From NCBI RefSeq assembly GCF_009914755.1, contig NC_060935.1: a DNA stretch of 64,000 bases. One strand, 5' to 3'. The position numbers and the translations under genes are program-made. The stretch is from the human T2T-CHM13v2.0 reference genome, Homo sapiens. Under the pieces are notes generated by a model. That model saw only the letters and a program-made list of their open reading frames with translations, made no database searches and was not told where the DNA came from. Shown here one piece after another: positions 25,174-41,030 of this stretch (positions are counted from its first letter, which is position 1; each line of letters begins with the position of its first letter).

Positions 25174-26374
25174 GGTACTTATAGTAGTGCCTGGCACACA
25201 GAAAGTCCTCCATACATGGAAGCCACCTTCACAGCTGAGGAGACTGAGGTGCCTCGGCTACAGAGATTGTTCCCAAGATCACATGTCAGGTAAGGACAGA
25301 GCTAGAATTGAAGCCCAGGTCTTTCTGAATTAAAAGCCCATTCTCCTATGGCACCATTGTTGTAAGCTCTGTGCCCTTGGCCAAGTCATTTAACCCCCGA
25401 GCCTTGTTTTCCTTGTGTGATGTCAGGTGGATATAGTAAAGACAACCACCAAATAGAATTATGGCACAGACTAAATAAGGAAATGCCCAAGAAAGCATCT
25501 TATCACCTATAAAGCATTATGGGAGCATGAATTATTTTGAGATTTTAATTTGAACTTCATTTGTTCAGAATGTGTCTACTGCTGGTAGAATCTGTATTCA
25601 TGCTTCCTTTCCTTGGCACTAGGGTGGCTGAGGGTGGATGGCAGGAGGGGTCACATGCTTATCCCCACAGGCAATAGCCATTTTCAAGTCTTCAAGAAGC
25701 GTCTATTGATGTGAATGTTAATGACAAGCCATTCTCATCTGTGCAGTAAGGAAACTCCCAGGAACCTTGTTACAGGAAAGGAGCCTGGGGATGGGAAGTG
25801 CTTTCTTCGGAAGCTTCTGGCACTCTCCCTTTCCCAGGGCCAGTCTGGTTTTCATGGTCTGCCCCTGGTGAGTGTCTCCAGAGCCCCCTTCTCAGTAAGC
25901 TGCCTGAGCCCTTCTCCCCCTGGGGGCGGATAGATGGACAGCCTGGAGTGCTGCCTGGTGTACCTGGAATCCCGATTTCTCTAGCTGAGTCTGCCTTAGC
26001 CATTCCCCTCACGTGCCTGCTTCGCTCTAGCTGCAGGAACCAGAAGCTGTGCTTTTATTAAATTTGATCCTCATCAGAATTGCATTTGGTGGTTTTCCAA
26101 GTTATGACTTTCTAATTAGCTTTTTGTTGAAGCTGTTTTTCATTGCTTTGCTCAGAATCGGTGGTAAAAGAGACTATTTTCTTGATGTTGTGGCCTCCTT
26201 TGGTGATTTCTCCACTTAAAAAGAGAAAAAAAAGAGTAAGGATGTGCTTCCTGAGAAATCTGATAACTAATCACAAGCTTTAGACAAACCCTGAGATTCC
26301 CAGGTTATCAGCTATTGAGACATCTGCTTCCTGCCTGCGAGAAAACAAGTTCTCACTGGGGTGCGGGGCACTGG

Positions 26375-26590
26375 GGATGGCTTTGGAATCAAACTTTCTG
26401 GATTCAAGTCTTGGCTCTGCTACTTGCCAGCTGTGTGACCTTGGGCACTTTAATTGGAGTCTCTGAGCCTCAGTGTCTTCGCCTTTATAACGAGCAATGT
26501 GCCTCAGATGTCTGCTGTGAAGCGCCACTGAGGTCATACCTGTAAAAGCCCTGATGTGGAGTATGCCTTCAACAACATTGCAGCTCTTAT
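26375..26590 (+). mobile_element. MIR SINE
   Basis: ctttggaatcaaac..gctctgctacttgccagctgtgtgaccttgggca..ctctgagcctcagt. Confidence 0.85.
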
Positions 26591-26849
26591 CACATTTGAT
26601 AAACAACATGCTGTGAATATAAGTTTATAGAAAACTCTAAAGCACTGTACAAATATGAGCTTTATTGCTATACAAATATTGGTTTATGACTATTAAGAAT
26701 AATTAGCTATATGGCCTTAGGTAAGCTACTCCATCTTTCTGAGTGTCTGGTCTAGATAATGGGTTGCACATTCAGGTGACTTCAGGAACTACAGCTATAC
26801 TGGGAATGAATAGAGTAGACCAGATAGAAGAAATGCTCATGTCAGTACA

Positions 26850-27104
26850 CACTAAGTGGGCAAGAGGAAAGTGCATCAACAGCAAGGTCCCAAAGATAAA
26901 TAAGTTTGAGAAACTCTGGGTTAAACAAAATTGAACAGGCTTCTTTCTTCAGGACTCTTCCAAGAGTTTTAAGTGCCTGGCTGCATAGTGAATTTCAAAG
27001 GGCAGGAAAGGATATATGTGCAATGTTTTCCAAACTTCCCTGACCTCAGACCCTCTTTTTCCGTTAAGACCAGTGTTCTTCTGAATACACCTGGCAAATT
27101 CTGG
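26850..27104 (-). mobile_element. MER103C-like DNA element
   Basis: aaataagtttgagaaactctgggttaaacaaaattgaacagg..ttttccaaactt. Confidence 0.7.
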
Positions 27105-29579
27105 ATGGATGACCTCAACCATCCCTTCCGATTCTAAATTTCAGCTTGGGTCTCTAAGGTCAGAAAGAGGCATTTCTGATAGAAGATAAAAGACAGAATG
27201 TGTGTTGGGTCTTCTTCCTTTGATTGTTCACTTTCATCAAAATGATGACTAATTCTGTTCACATGACGGTACTGCTCAGTGTGGTCAGCTGTGAGTGAAG
27301 CCGGATATCTGGGTGCAGCGTCTCCTAACCAGTCACGGAGAGTCGGGCGGGAAACCAGGGAAGGGGGACACTGCTGGGCCCACCTGTTATTTTGGGAAAA
27401 TCAGGAAATTGTCTGGCCCTTGTGTTTGCTAGCCTCAACCTTCACATACATATATGAAATTCAGAAATCCAAGGCTTATAGCAAAGGCCACTTGAACTTG
27501 ACCTTGCTTTCATCAGCTATTTAGTACAATATATTCAGTAAATTTCTCTTGTTAATCAGTGAACATTGTGTAAGCACCTATTATTACTAGATATCAGTAA
27601 GTTAATTATCTTCATCACTCTGTTTAATTTAGATATGTGTTTGGGGACTCCCTGAGATCTAAGTTAAATTGCCACGGATCCCAAATTCCATAGCCTGTGG
27701 CTATCTGAAGCCCTTCCTAAGATTTCTGCTTCTTATACCACTTGGCATTGAATTCCTTGAATGGGACCTCTGCCTTGCACTCTGTTTTAACCCCCTTGAG
27801 GCTCAGGGAGGTTAAGTGACTTGGCCAAGGCTCCACAGCCTGCAAGTCTGGCTCAGTTACGGTTGCCACTGGGCCTTGGCTAAGAAGAGATCCTGCCCCA
27901 CTGCCCCAGGCTACCATCCCTGGGGATGATGAAGGGGGCTCCTGGAGATGAGGGCTGAGGTCTCCAACATTTTTCTACTTCAGGCTTTTCTTCTCTCCTG
28001 CCATTGATGGGCCTGGGTGTCACCCCATCCAGAGATGCAGGCACTAAGCCTCTGGGGGTGAGGGCCTCGTGCCTCCACACTGCATTCATTTAATCTTCCA
28101 ACCATTTCCCTGGCAGTGGTAATATACCCATTTTACAGATACCCTTATAAGGATTAACTAGTAAAAATAACAAAAACCATCACAACAATCCACAGTTACA
28201 GAACTCTGACTGTGCCAAGTGTTATCTATATTTTCTCATTTAGTCTCGCAACATCCATATATAGAAAGACGGCACCTGCCTGTGAGGTGGATCATGACAG
28301 AATCAAGTTATTATGCCTGACCACCAACCCTTTGGGGCAAATCCGCTCTCAGAGGGTGGAAAGTCTTGTTGACAAGCAGAGTAGCCCCTGGGGCCTCAAG
28401 CTTTTGGGGCATCTCTGGGGGCTCCGGGCATCCTTTAGGGCAGGATAAGATACTTACAATAAACTCTCTCTTTGAGACATGGATTGGGTCTTCACTTAAT
28501 GTTTTTGACTCTTCATATTTTTTTTTCAGTTTCAAGTTTTGACAGCCCTGGAGCTTAGGCACTAAATCAGCAACAGAATAGGATTCTAAGATGTTTGATT
28601 AGGGATTAGACCTCTGACACATGGCTTGCCCAGAGCTGGCTGATCTAATACATCTCAGAATCCAGGAAGAAAGGGACCATGTACCACAAAGCCTAATGCC
28701 TCATTGTGAAGAGAAAAATGAAGGCCCTGTGCTGGTGTGGATTTACCCAGCACTAAAGCAATAGTTCTCAGGTCAGAGCCCAGGTTTTATGTCTCCTAGT
28801 CTATAGATCTGCATCAGTAGCACCTACAAGACAGGGTTGCTTCATAACCAAGTTCCATTCAGAGCCAATCATATGTATTAATGGTGTGGTCAGTAAGATG
28901 TCAAGGAATCTCTGTCTATCCATCTAATCTCATGAGTTTTCTCTGGGTCCTAAAATAATGTCACCTTCAAAACATGGAGTAGGCCCTGCCAAGACACCTC
29001 ACCTACCTAGAGAAGGTATTAAATACATTACCAGCAGAGACCCAATTAACATCTGGACCTATCAGAAAGCAGAAGCTGGGACACTGGATAGCTCAGTTTG
29101 ATTGCTATGAGAGCTCTCAGGAAAACAAAAGAAATACAAAAGTTTGGATTGTGGGCAGATAGAATTTTCAAAATTTAGAGAAGATCCGAAATCTTTTCAT
29201 TGCTTAGATGGACAAACCAAGACCAGGGAAAAGAAGTGAATTTCCCACGCCTGCCCAATAGTCAGGACAACACCTTCCCTACCAGCTCTCCATCACTTCC
29301 CCAGTCTCTCTTCCCAAACACAGCTCTACCGGTAATACAGAGTTGGGTGCCAGGACTCAGGAGTCGGAACCCCATTACACTTAGGCTAGATCTTTGTGAA
29401 TATTGAGGCTAAGAGTGGAATTTAGTCATGGTCTCCTTTTGACACAGAGGGACCTTTATAGACCAGAGTCGATTTTTGTCTGTAACAACTGTAAAGTAAA
29501 ATGAACACCTTGGTTGCTACTTGAGCCCTTGGATCGGGATGCACCTGGTGGGCTGCAGTAAATCTTGAAGTAGCATCCA

Positions 29580-29735
29580 TTAATCAGCTACACCAGAATT
29601 CACCAATGTGCTTGTTAAAATGCTGAGTCCTGGGCTTTATTTACCCAAGACCCATTGAATCCCGGGTCTATGGGGCATTTTAATATGTATCCCAAGCGAT
29701 TCACATGCCCCCAAAAGTTGGAGAACCGCCACTAC
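29580..29735. mobile_element. MER5-type relic
   Basis: gcttgttaaaatgc..gcattttaa..aagcgattcacatgc..aaagttggagaacc. Confidence 0.6.
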
Positions 29736-29739
29736 AATG

Positions 29740-30015
29740 GAAGATCTGGAGTTAAGCTTGCCTGGGTTCAAATCTGGGCTCTGCCAGTTACCAGATGTAT
29801 GAACTTCAGCATGCCTGAGCTTCAGACTCCTCCTGTAACATGAAGAGAATAGTAATAACTACCTCACAGGGTTATTGAGAGAGTTAAGGGAGGTAAAGCA
29901 GGAAAAATGCTTAGCATTGGGCTTGGCACCTTGCAAATAAATATTAAGCAAATCAATTAAAGCAAAGCAAATATATTTAATAAATTAAATATTGAACAAA
30001 TAAATATTAGCTGCT
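29740..30015 (+). mobile_element. MIR SINE with AT-rich expanded tail
   Basis: cctgggttcaaatctgggctctgcc..actacctcacagggttattgagag. Confidence 0.8.
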
Positions 30016-30193
30016 ACTGTAATGTCGTTCTTTAGATACATTCCCTGTCTTCACCTGTTCACATGGAGGCCAGCTGCAGCCTCTGCAATCAGGAGCCCGT
30101 CCCCACCTGAACCCCCGACCCCTACCCCTCCAGGGAAGATGAGCGGCTGTGAGAAGCCTGGCCTACCCATTCTGTGGCGGGGGCTTTGGGGAG

Positions 30194-30225
30194 TGCAGTG
30201 ACAAGAGCCACCAGCAGGGGGAAGC
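30194..30225 (+). promoter_or_regulatory. Candidate CTCF site with upstream motif
   Basis: TGCAGTG at 30194 and core CCAGCAGGGGGAAGC at 30211 (one mismatch to CCAGCAGGGGGC). Confidence 0.45.
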
Positions 30226-30389
30226 ATAAACACATTTCAGGGCATAGCGCTGGTGATCCTTGAGGGTGGGGCGCTCTCTGGGGGAATGGGCTGAGGCTGG
30301 GATCAGCGTTTCTTCTCGAATTTTCCCCCCACTGTGGACAGGAATATCTGGTGATGCTCACAAGACAGAATCCTGCTTTTCCTCTAATT

Positions 30390-31233
<844 letters not shown>

Positions 31234-31987
31234 TTACATATGTTTACTCCTACATCAATCAAATCTGTAAAGCCCAGTGGCTGAGGTTAAAGCCCATGCT
31301 TTTCTTCCTACTCCGCACTGCCTCGAAACCCTTGGAAGTACTCTTCTCCTATTTCCCTAATCTTTCAAATTATTCAAATTCCCATTTGTTCTCCAATTAA
31401 AGGTCCCCTCCTCCCTCTTCATCCAAGAGTCCTTTGGTGAGAGCTTCGGTAGTGGCTTGATCACATTCTGAATTTGAGATTTGCTTGTAATTAGCAGTCT
31501 TGAAAACACCAGTTCTTTGCTAGGCTCTGCTCCCAGGAACCCAGGAGTCAGGACATCTGAGGAAGGGCTACATGCATCACTGATCTCTCCCTTAACCACC
31601 CCTTTCATAGGTATCTGGAATAAGCTCAAATTTCATTGATTTTCCAATGGTGATAAATTGACAGCCCGCCTTTTTTTTCCACAGAAATTAATGCCAGTAA
31701 AATGACTACTACAGCCCACTCCCTGCTTTGAATACACCATTAAAATAAACCATGTCTGTGTGCAAACATGTGTGCACCCAATGAGATGTGCTTTTCAAAG
31801 ACACTGTCATGCAATGTACACAACACTGTGCAGACATTTCAATTTTCCTCCTGGCTGTCTCGCCATCTAAAGACGAAATGCTCGATGTGGCCTGGCATCC
31901 AATGGCAGCTGGAGGAAAAGAACTTGCGACTTCGTGTTTCTCCTCTGGAGCTCTGGGCTTGCTCTCATTTGCACTGGTGAATTGTAA

Positions 31988-32416
<429 letters not shown>

Positions 32417-33689
32417 CAAGGTGGTCATTTTAATGTGCAGTTGTTACAGACAAGCAAATGACCTCCAGTTTGTAAAGATCTCTCTGAGTCAAAAGGAGAC
32501 CATGACTAAATTCCACCTTTAACTTCAAGGTGATCCATAAACTTGAGGAGTTTTGCAAACGCCATTTGGCTCAGTTACTGAGATTCTTTGTGTCATTTTG
32601 GCAGCCACCCCTGTGCCTGAGACAGGGAGCTCAGGCAGCTGGTTGGAGCTGCTTGTGGATTCAGATATTCCAGAACTGCCGGTTATGTAGGAAGTTCATG
32701 CTATAGAGAGGAAGATGAGTATGAGACAGAGAATCCATATTTATGAAACACCAGACATTATCCTGGGCACACTCCATCCTCACAGCCATGTTGTGAAGAT
32801 ACTTACATATGCTCTGTCCAGCATCCAGGGAAACTAAGGTCTAGAGGGGCATGATAACTGGCCCATGGTCACCAAGGATCTGAAAGACACACCCACAAAG
32901 GCCTAACTCAAATCCATGTATTTTCACCATTGCCTGTGAGAAAGAATCTTCCATATATTATGTTTATTTGTTTGCATTTATTTGTTTTATGAAAAAGGTC
33001 TACACTTTCTGCAGCTGTCACTTTTGCAGGCAATAAGGATACCTTTCTGGAACGAGAAATCTACATTAGACCAGAGACTGGATGATGGAGGGCTGTTTCT
33101 GTAATATTTATCCCTGCAAAGTAAATATTTCTGTCTCCACCATGTTCCAGAATTTCCCTGCTGACAGCTTCACAGATACTTCTTTTTCTCCTCTCTTGAA
33201 CATCCAGCTATTGCCGGGGACAGGATGACCGGGTGCAACTGGTTCTTTTCACTTTTGACTGTGGACTTCTTGCAGCCAAAGAAAGAAAGGCTGGCCAGTG
33301 ATCCACACTGGGTGAGGATTGGAGGCCAGGGCTGTGGAAGGGAAGTGTAGTTTGCATCCTAAGTGGTGATCCCAGGGGACAACCGACCCACTAGAGAGCA
33401 AAACTGAGGCTTTCCATGCAATGTTTTGGACCAATGTATATGGTTCCCTGAAGTCATCTTGCAGATTTATTTCTGTAATGTTCTCACATTTATTCCCTTC
33501 TCTCTTTTCCCATCAGCACTGTCCAGAGAGGTTGAGTGATTTGCCCCAGGTCACACAACTAGTAAGTGGCTGAACAGGGCATTAATTCTAGGCTTTCTGC
33601 CTCCCTGGTTTCTGAGCTTAACCATTGCACTGTAGCTCTAAGACTCTTGGTGAGCCAGGCCCCCCTTTGTCCCCAGCCTCGGCCCTCAG

Positions 33690-34143
33690 ACATCTCACTA
33701 TGGCCCTTTAACCTCCAGCCCTGGAGCTTAATTCAGTCCCTCTGATAGACCACATTCTTCCTTGTCTTTAGGTCTTTCCATAGGCTATTCTGCAATCTGG
33801 AACTCATTTCCTCACTTTACCCTCTCTTTCAAAAAGAAAATCCTCCAGGAACCTACTCACAGTCATGCTCAGGTTAAAGTTCCTCCTTCCGAGGGGTCTC
33901 CCATCACTGACCTTCTCCCCAGGCTGCATACACCCTGCCTCATGCCCAGTCAGGGGCTCTGTGTACCCTCGCATCCTAACACCGATCACACTATAGTGTA
34001 ACTTCATATTTCATATTCTGTCTCCCCCTGGCTGTGCACTCTCTGAGGGCAGGTGCTTGTTCACAGCTGTGATCCTGCAGCTGATGCAGCGCCTGGCTCA
34101 CAGTAGGTGCTCGGTAAATGTTGAATGGATGAAACATGAATGA
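33690..34143 (+). mobile_element. L2 3' end
   Basis: ctgagggcagg..gcgcctggctcacagtaggtgctcggtaaatgttgaatggatgaa. Confidence 0.75.
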
Positions 34144-35239
34144 GCAAGTCAGAGAACCAGTGCCTGTGCCCATTTGCCCCTGTTGTTCCCTTGGCCTGGC
34201 ACATTCTTCTCTAGGCTTTGGCACAAGCCACAGCTCACATTCTTCCTTTGAGTATCACTCTGTGAAGCTTAGGAGGCCACCAGGGCTGTCTTTGGGGGCT
34301 CAGAGATCTCTAGGCTCAGGCAAGGATGCCCAGTAAAAATAGTTTTTGTAGAAATGAGCTCCAGTACTGAGACCCTGAGAGAGGCTCTAGACGTGAGAGA
34401 CTTGGGCTGTGGAATCAATGTGAAGCCTGGGAGGATTCACACTCGAGGAAGGACATGGAGCAGGCAGAGTTAGAGGTGAGGGTGTGTCTGGAGCCCAGTT
34501 CTGGATTGTGATTGTGAGTTCTGGATGTCCAAGCTGTACAGATGGATCTTTACAGTGGCAAAAGCCAACTTGACCCAGAAGTCCAGAGCATAAGAGGCTC
34601 TCTCCTGGAGCACTGTTTGTGTCAGACCCTGCTAAGCACTTCACAGACTTGATCTCATTGACTTCTTATGAAAGCACCTCCCAGGTAGGTCTAGTCCCTG
34701 TTCTTTAGTCCCCCGTTGAAGGAAGGGGAGCAAAGATGGTGAGCACTTGCCCAAGGTCTTAGTTACATAAGGCTGAGCCAGGTCTCAGAACCCAAGTCTG
34801 TGCTGCTAACGTCACCTCCCCATTCACGTTGGCCACACTCTGAGAATGCAAAGGTGAGGTCTCTCTAATTCTAATCTAAGTGGATCTGATTAGGAGTTAT
34901 TGGGCCAAAGTCATTAACTTACATTTCAGATGTACTGCCTTGGGTCTCCTACGCATCTTCTATGTGACAGGCAGCATTGGAAGAAAGCAAGGCTCTATCT
35001 CACCCAGCATATGCTTTTCAGGTGCTGAGCACAGAATGCTTGGGCCCAGCACTTCAGAGAAGTCAAATGGATCCAGCTTCTGCATGGTCATGAAACTTAT
35101 TATCCTGGGTGAGGGAATGGTAAATGATTTTTCTTCTTGTTCTGTACTTTTTAAATTTATAAAAATAAAGTGTTTATAGTCATGGAAAAAAGTTTTAAAT
35201 AATAAAGAAATTAGCAAATACACCTGCAAGATGTCAAGG

Positions 35240-35530
35240 AGCTGTATCCCTCCCTGCCCTTGTTCATGCATTTCTCTTAGTCTGGAATGTCCTTCCCTTC
35301 CTTGTCAATGCATTAATGTCTTACTCATTTTGCAGGGCTCAGCTCAAATGCAGCCTCTTCTTGATCCCATCTCAAGCTGGTTCCTTGTCTATTGTCTCTC
35401 TTTCTCACTGGAATGTAAACCCCATGAGGGCAAACGACCTTGTCTGTCTTTTCACTGTTTTATCCCAATATCTAAAAGAGTGTCTAGCATGTAAGAAAAA
35501 CCCATAAAATTTTTTTAGTGAATAAATGAA
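35240..35530 (+). mobile_element. L2 3' end
   Basis: tctggaatgtccttcc..gctcagctcaaatg..ggaatgtaaaccccatgagggca..tgaataaatgaa. Confidence 0.7.
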
Positions 35531-36384
35531 TATTCCCACATTTGATTCCTAATATCCATCTCGGTCTGTCCCATCCTGCCTTCTGCCTCAAACTATGGCA
35601 GCTGTTTCTCTCTCTCTCTCTATTCTCTGCTGGCCTACTTGAAAAACTTATTTCTGTGGCCCCCATAGCACAGAGCTTGGTACATAATAGACCTCAGTAA
35701 ATGAACGTTTGCTGTCAACTTCAAGGCAAGGAATCAGGATGCAAAGGGCTACATCTCACCCCCTTCTCTGGGGAATGAGCTGCGTTGTCAGGAACTGATT
35801 ACAATGTGATGCTCCCTGGGGAGGGAGAACTGCCCCTAACCACCCTGGATGGGGAGTTATGAGATGAAATGGCTCATGGAGGTTGTCCCACTGCCCCAGA
35901 GTTGCTGCTTTATAAGGAAGGAAAGTACAAAAGCACAACAAAGTCTACTAACGCTAAATTTTGAAAGGTAAAGATGACTTTCCCCTTGTATTCAACCAGG
36001 TGGCTGTCTCACCTGAGCCTTCCTCCCAGGCAGCAGAATTACTCCTTGTAGCTATCAGGGGGAACATCTGTATTTCTTCCATCCTTCCCTTCAAATTTTG
36101 GGGCCAGCATTTTGTTTGTGGAATCACTACCTATCACTACCTACATTATTGGAGATGAGGGGATAATGGGCAACAGGAGGCAGATCTGGAGAGGCTGAAT
36201 GATAGGCATCTTGGGCTCCGGAGCTGAAGACACAGATTCAAACCCTGCCTCTGCTCTGCATGGCTGTGTGTCATTAGGCAGGTAACTTAAATGCCCTGAC
36301 CCTTAGTCTCTAAGATGGGAATGGTGATGATGATGGAATTCACCCAGAGGATGTCAAGAAGATTAGATGTAAAACACTTAACAC

Positions 36385-37813
<1,429 letters not shown>

Positions 37814-38694
37814 CGTGTAGCTCAGAAAAGCAGTCAGTAAATGGTGCCTTTACTATTACTTATTATGACTATATCCCCTTCCCACTGGAAATCAGCTTTT
37901 CCCAAAGGCTGAATGATAAGATATGTTAGGAAGTCCCAAAATAGGAAGTGCAGAGATGGGAGGATGAAGAAGGAGAGGGGAGACTGTGGCAGGTTTGGTC
38001 TTTCCCAACCCTCTAAGCACTCACTGTGTTAGGGACATCCTGTGGATGAGTAGACTGGCAGGTAGAACCATCTGCCCCCTGCTACCTGGGGCAGGACCAC
38101 AGGACAACACTGGCAGACACAGGGGTGCAGATGGGAAGATGCTCTTTTGGCCCAAGCCATGGACTTAGGTAGTATGGCCTGCTCCTCCCACTGCCTGGCA
38201 ACACAGTCAGCTTGCCCAGGCTGCTGCCTTCCGGATGTCAGTTGAACACTCCTGACAATATGCTCCATGGCTTAGGTCAGGGTCCAGGGTCCGTGTCGCT
38301 GAACTCTAAGATCAGGGACTGGAAGAGGCCTTAAAGCCCTCAGTCCCTTCTTATTTGGCAGACGGGGAAACTGAGACTTGGGGATATGGCATCAGCTTGC
38401 CATATTCCTTGCTCAGCCACCCTTCTCTGCAATAGAGATTGGAATTTTGTCATCCCTTTGCTGTAGTACTCTATCTGCAACCTTTCGGCTTCAATATTTT
38501 ATATCTTGACAAAAGGACTTGACCTGGGGCAAAAGATTAAACAGGAAGCTCTGGAGTGTTCATTTTGGGGAAACAGCATGGCTTTTGGGGAAGAGCAAGA
38601 AAGCTTGGACAGCCCAGGGCAACCCCGTCTTGTTAGTAATAATAATGACTTCCATGTTTTTAAGGTAGTTACATGGTGGTCAGCACATAGATGC

Positions 38695-38890
38695 CAGAAC
38701 CAGTCTGTCTGAGTTTGAACTCCAACTCTCCCACTTATGAGCTGCATGACTTTGATTAAAAGGCTTAATCTCTCTATGCCTCATTTTCTTCATCTGTAAA
38801 ATGGGAATCATAATGGTGTATATAAAAGCTTCCAGAATTTTGCCCAGCACATGGTAGGGACTTGATAAATGACAGGGATTATAATTCCTA
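38695..38890 (+). mobile_element. MIR SINE
   Basis: ctcattttcttcatctgtaaaatgggaatcataat. Confidence 0.8.
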
Positions 38891-39109
38891 TTGCTGATAT
38901 TAATTAGTATAATTACCTGGGGAAACCTATATGAATATGCTGAAGTTTGCCAAGGACCGCTTTCCAGAAACAACAAACCGCAGAACCAACAGGGTCAACA
39001 GCATGCCTTTTGAAAAACTGGCCACAAATTGCATTTTTACACAATCTAATTTTCTCATTAACCTCTTGTTTAGGAAATGCTTTGTCTTTGAAATCATGTG
39101 AGGACTCCG

Positions 39110-39500
39110 TCTTGGCTCGGCAGGCACTCCTCTGGCTTTCAGGCATGAGCTTGCTGTTTCCTTTGCCTAGAACATTCTTACCTCCCACCTCCACCCAGAC
39201 ATCTGTGTGGCTACCTTCATCACTTCCTGCACTTCTTTTCCCAGAAGTCATCTTCTCAGTGAGCCCATCCCTGGGCACCCTGTTCAGAATCTCAGCTACC
39301 CTGCCCCTACACTTCATACCTATCTTCTCAGCTTTGCCTTTTTCTTCTTGGCACCTTGTCTGACATACTATCATATTTGTTTTGTTGGTTACCCACTCCG
39401 AACTGGAAGGTCTTTGAAGTCAGGGATTTTGACCATTTTGTTAATGATGTTTTCTCCAGCGCTCAGCACACAGCCAAGCACATAGTATGGACTCAATGAC
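39110..39500 (+). mobile_element. L2 3' end
   Basis: gctgtttcctttgcctagaacattctt..gtcatcttctcagtgag..tctccagcgctcagcacacag. Confidence 0.75.
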
Positions 39501-40094
39501 TGTGGCATGCGTGAGTATATAGGTGGGAAGGAGGATTTCCTGGCGGGTTCTGATTTTAGAATTTACCTGGTACAGCTGAGCTTCACTGAGCTGCTACCCT
39601 GTGCCAGCCGCGGGCAGTGCCTGACATCTGCCATTTCACTTCATCTTCACAGAAGCCTTATGGATGGGAAAGCTAGGGCTTAGAGAGATTAAGAAACTTA
39701 TCTGGTCACCAGCTTATAGGTAGGTGGTAGAGCCTGAGGACTGTGCTTTCTTCTCCTGGACAGAAAGTGCTGCCTGAGCCCTCCCCTGTACCCAGCCTGT
39801 CAGGGAGGCCTCCCTGGGTGGTTTCTGAGCTGGCTGCTTTGCAGGGCTAGAAGGCCCATCCCTCCTCACCTGCCTGTGTCTGTGGGAGGCTCTTGGCAAG
39901 GGTGCTGTGTCAGGCGGCCCAAGTGCTTTCAGCACTTGGGGGTGGCAGGCTAATATACTGGCCTGCTGAGCAGCTGGTGGATGACTGGGGATTGTCTGAA
40001 GTCTGCCTAGAACCATGGCCTGGGGCAGGGCTCCTTCCAGCAACTTCCCTGGAGAGCTGGCTGCAAGGCAGGGCCAAACCAGCCATCATGATAG

Positions 40095-40330
40095 TGTGAA
40101 GGGCATTTTCTGTCAAAAGAGGATGTTGGACAAGAGTTGGAAAGACTTGAGTTCTGATCCTGGCTTTGCCACTAGCTAGTTGTATAAAACTGAGCAAGTT
40201 ACTGAGCATTCCTGGTTCCCACTGCTTACAAAATGGGAGCAGTAATCATGCTTACCTCCCAAACTTGTTGGGAAAATATATGCAATGTGATTAGCCCAGG
40301 TGCAAAAATAAATGTTAGATATTTTATGTT
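40095..40330 (+). mobile_element. MIR SINE
   Basis: agacttgagttctgatcctggctttgccactagctag..aaaatgggag. Confidence 0.75.
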
Positions 40331-40659
40331 TATTATGATTTATTATTAGCTACAGCCCCCCTCATCTGTAAAATGAGAGGTTTCATTCAGTAACCACAGG
40401 CCTGGCACTATTGAGCAGTAGGTGCTCAATAAATGTTAATTCCCTTCCTAGTCCCTTATTCTTCCTTTAGCATCAGATTCCTGGCCTGTGTTGTCCCTGG
40501 GGCTCCAACACTCCTGGCCCTGGCCTATAGGTTTTCCGTGGGCTCATGGGTAATGAGCCATCTTCCCAGGGCAGTGGGGCTAAGTGCTTTGGTGGACATT
40601 TTGGAGCCATTGTATTAGAAACCCCCTCTTTTTCCTTCTTTACTTCCTTCCTTCCATCC

Positions 40660-41030
40660 CGTTTATTTTTGTTGATCACCTATTAAGTGCCAAACATAGT
40701 GAATACAGCTGTGAGCAAGACAAGGTTCCTGCTACCGTGGAGCATAGGTCCAGTTAGAATTAGGTAGAGAGAAAGGAAATGAACAACCATGCAAGAAAAT
40801 AAACTCTTTGAAAAGTAGAAAATAGAATGGTGGAACAGAAAGTGATGAGTGTGGGGAGAATAGCAAAGCCACCTTAGATGGGGAGTCAGGGAAGACATCA
40901 CAAAGGAAACAACATTTGAAGCAGGACTTGAAAGATCAGAACAGGCCAACCATACTCAATTGGGCGAAGGGGTTTCCTGCTGAGGAAATAGCACAGGTGA
41001 AGGCCCTGAGGAGGGATGGAGTTTAGCTGG
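40660..41030 (-). mobile_element. L2 fragment
   Basis: ttgatcacctattaagtgcc..gtgagcaagacaagg..gtcagggaagac..aacagcacaggtgaaggccctgag-like. Confidence 0.7.
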
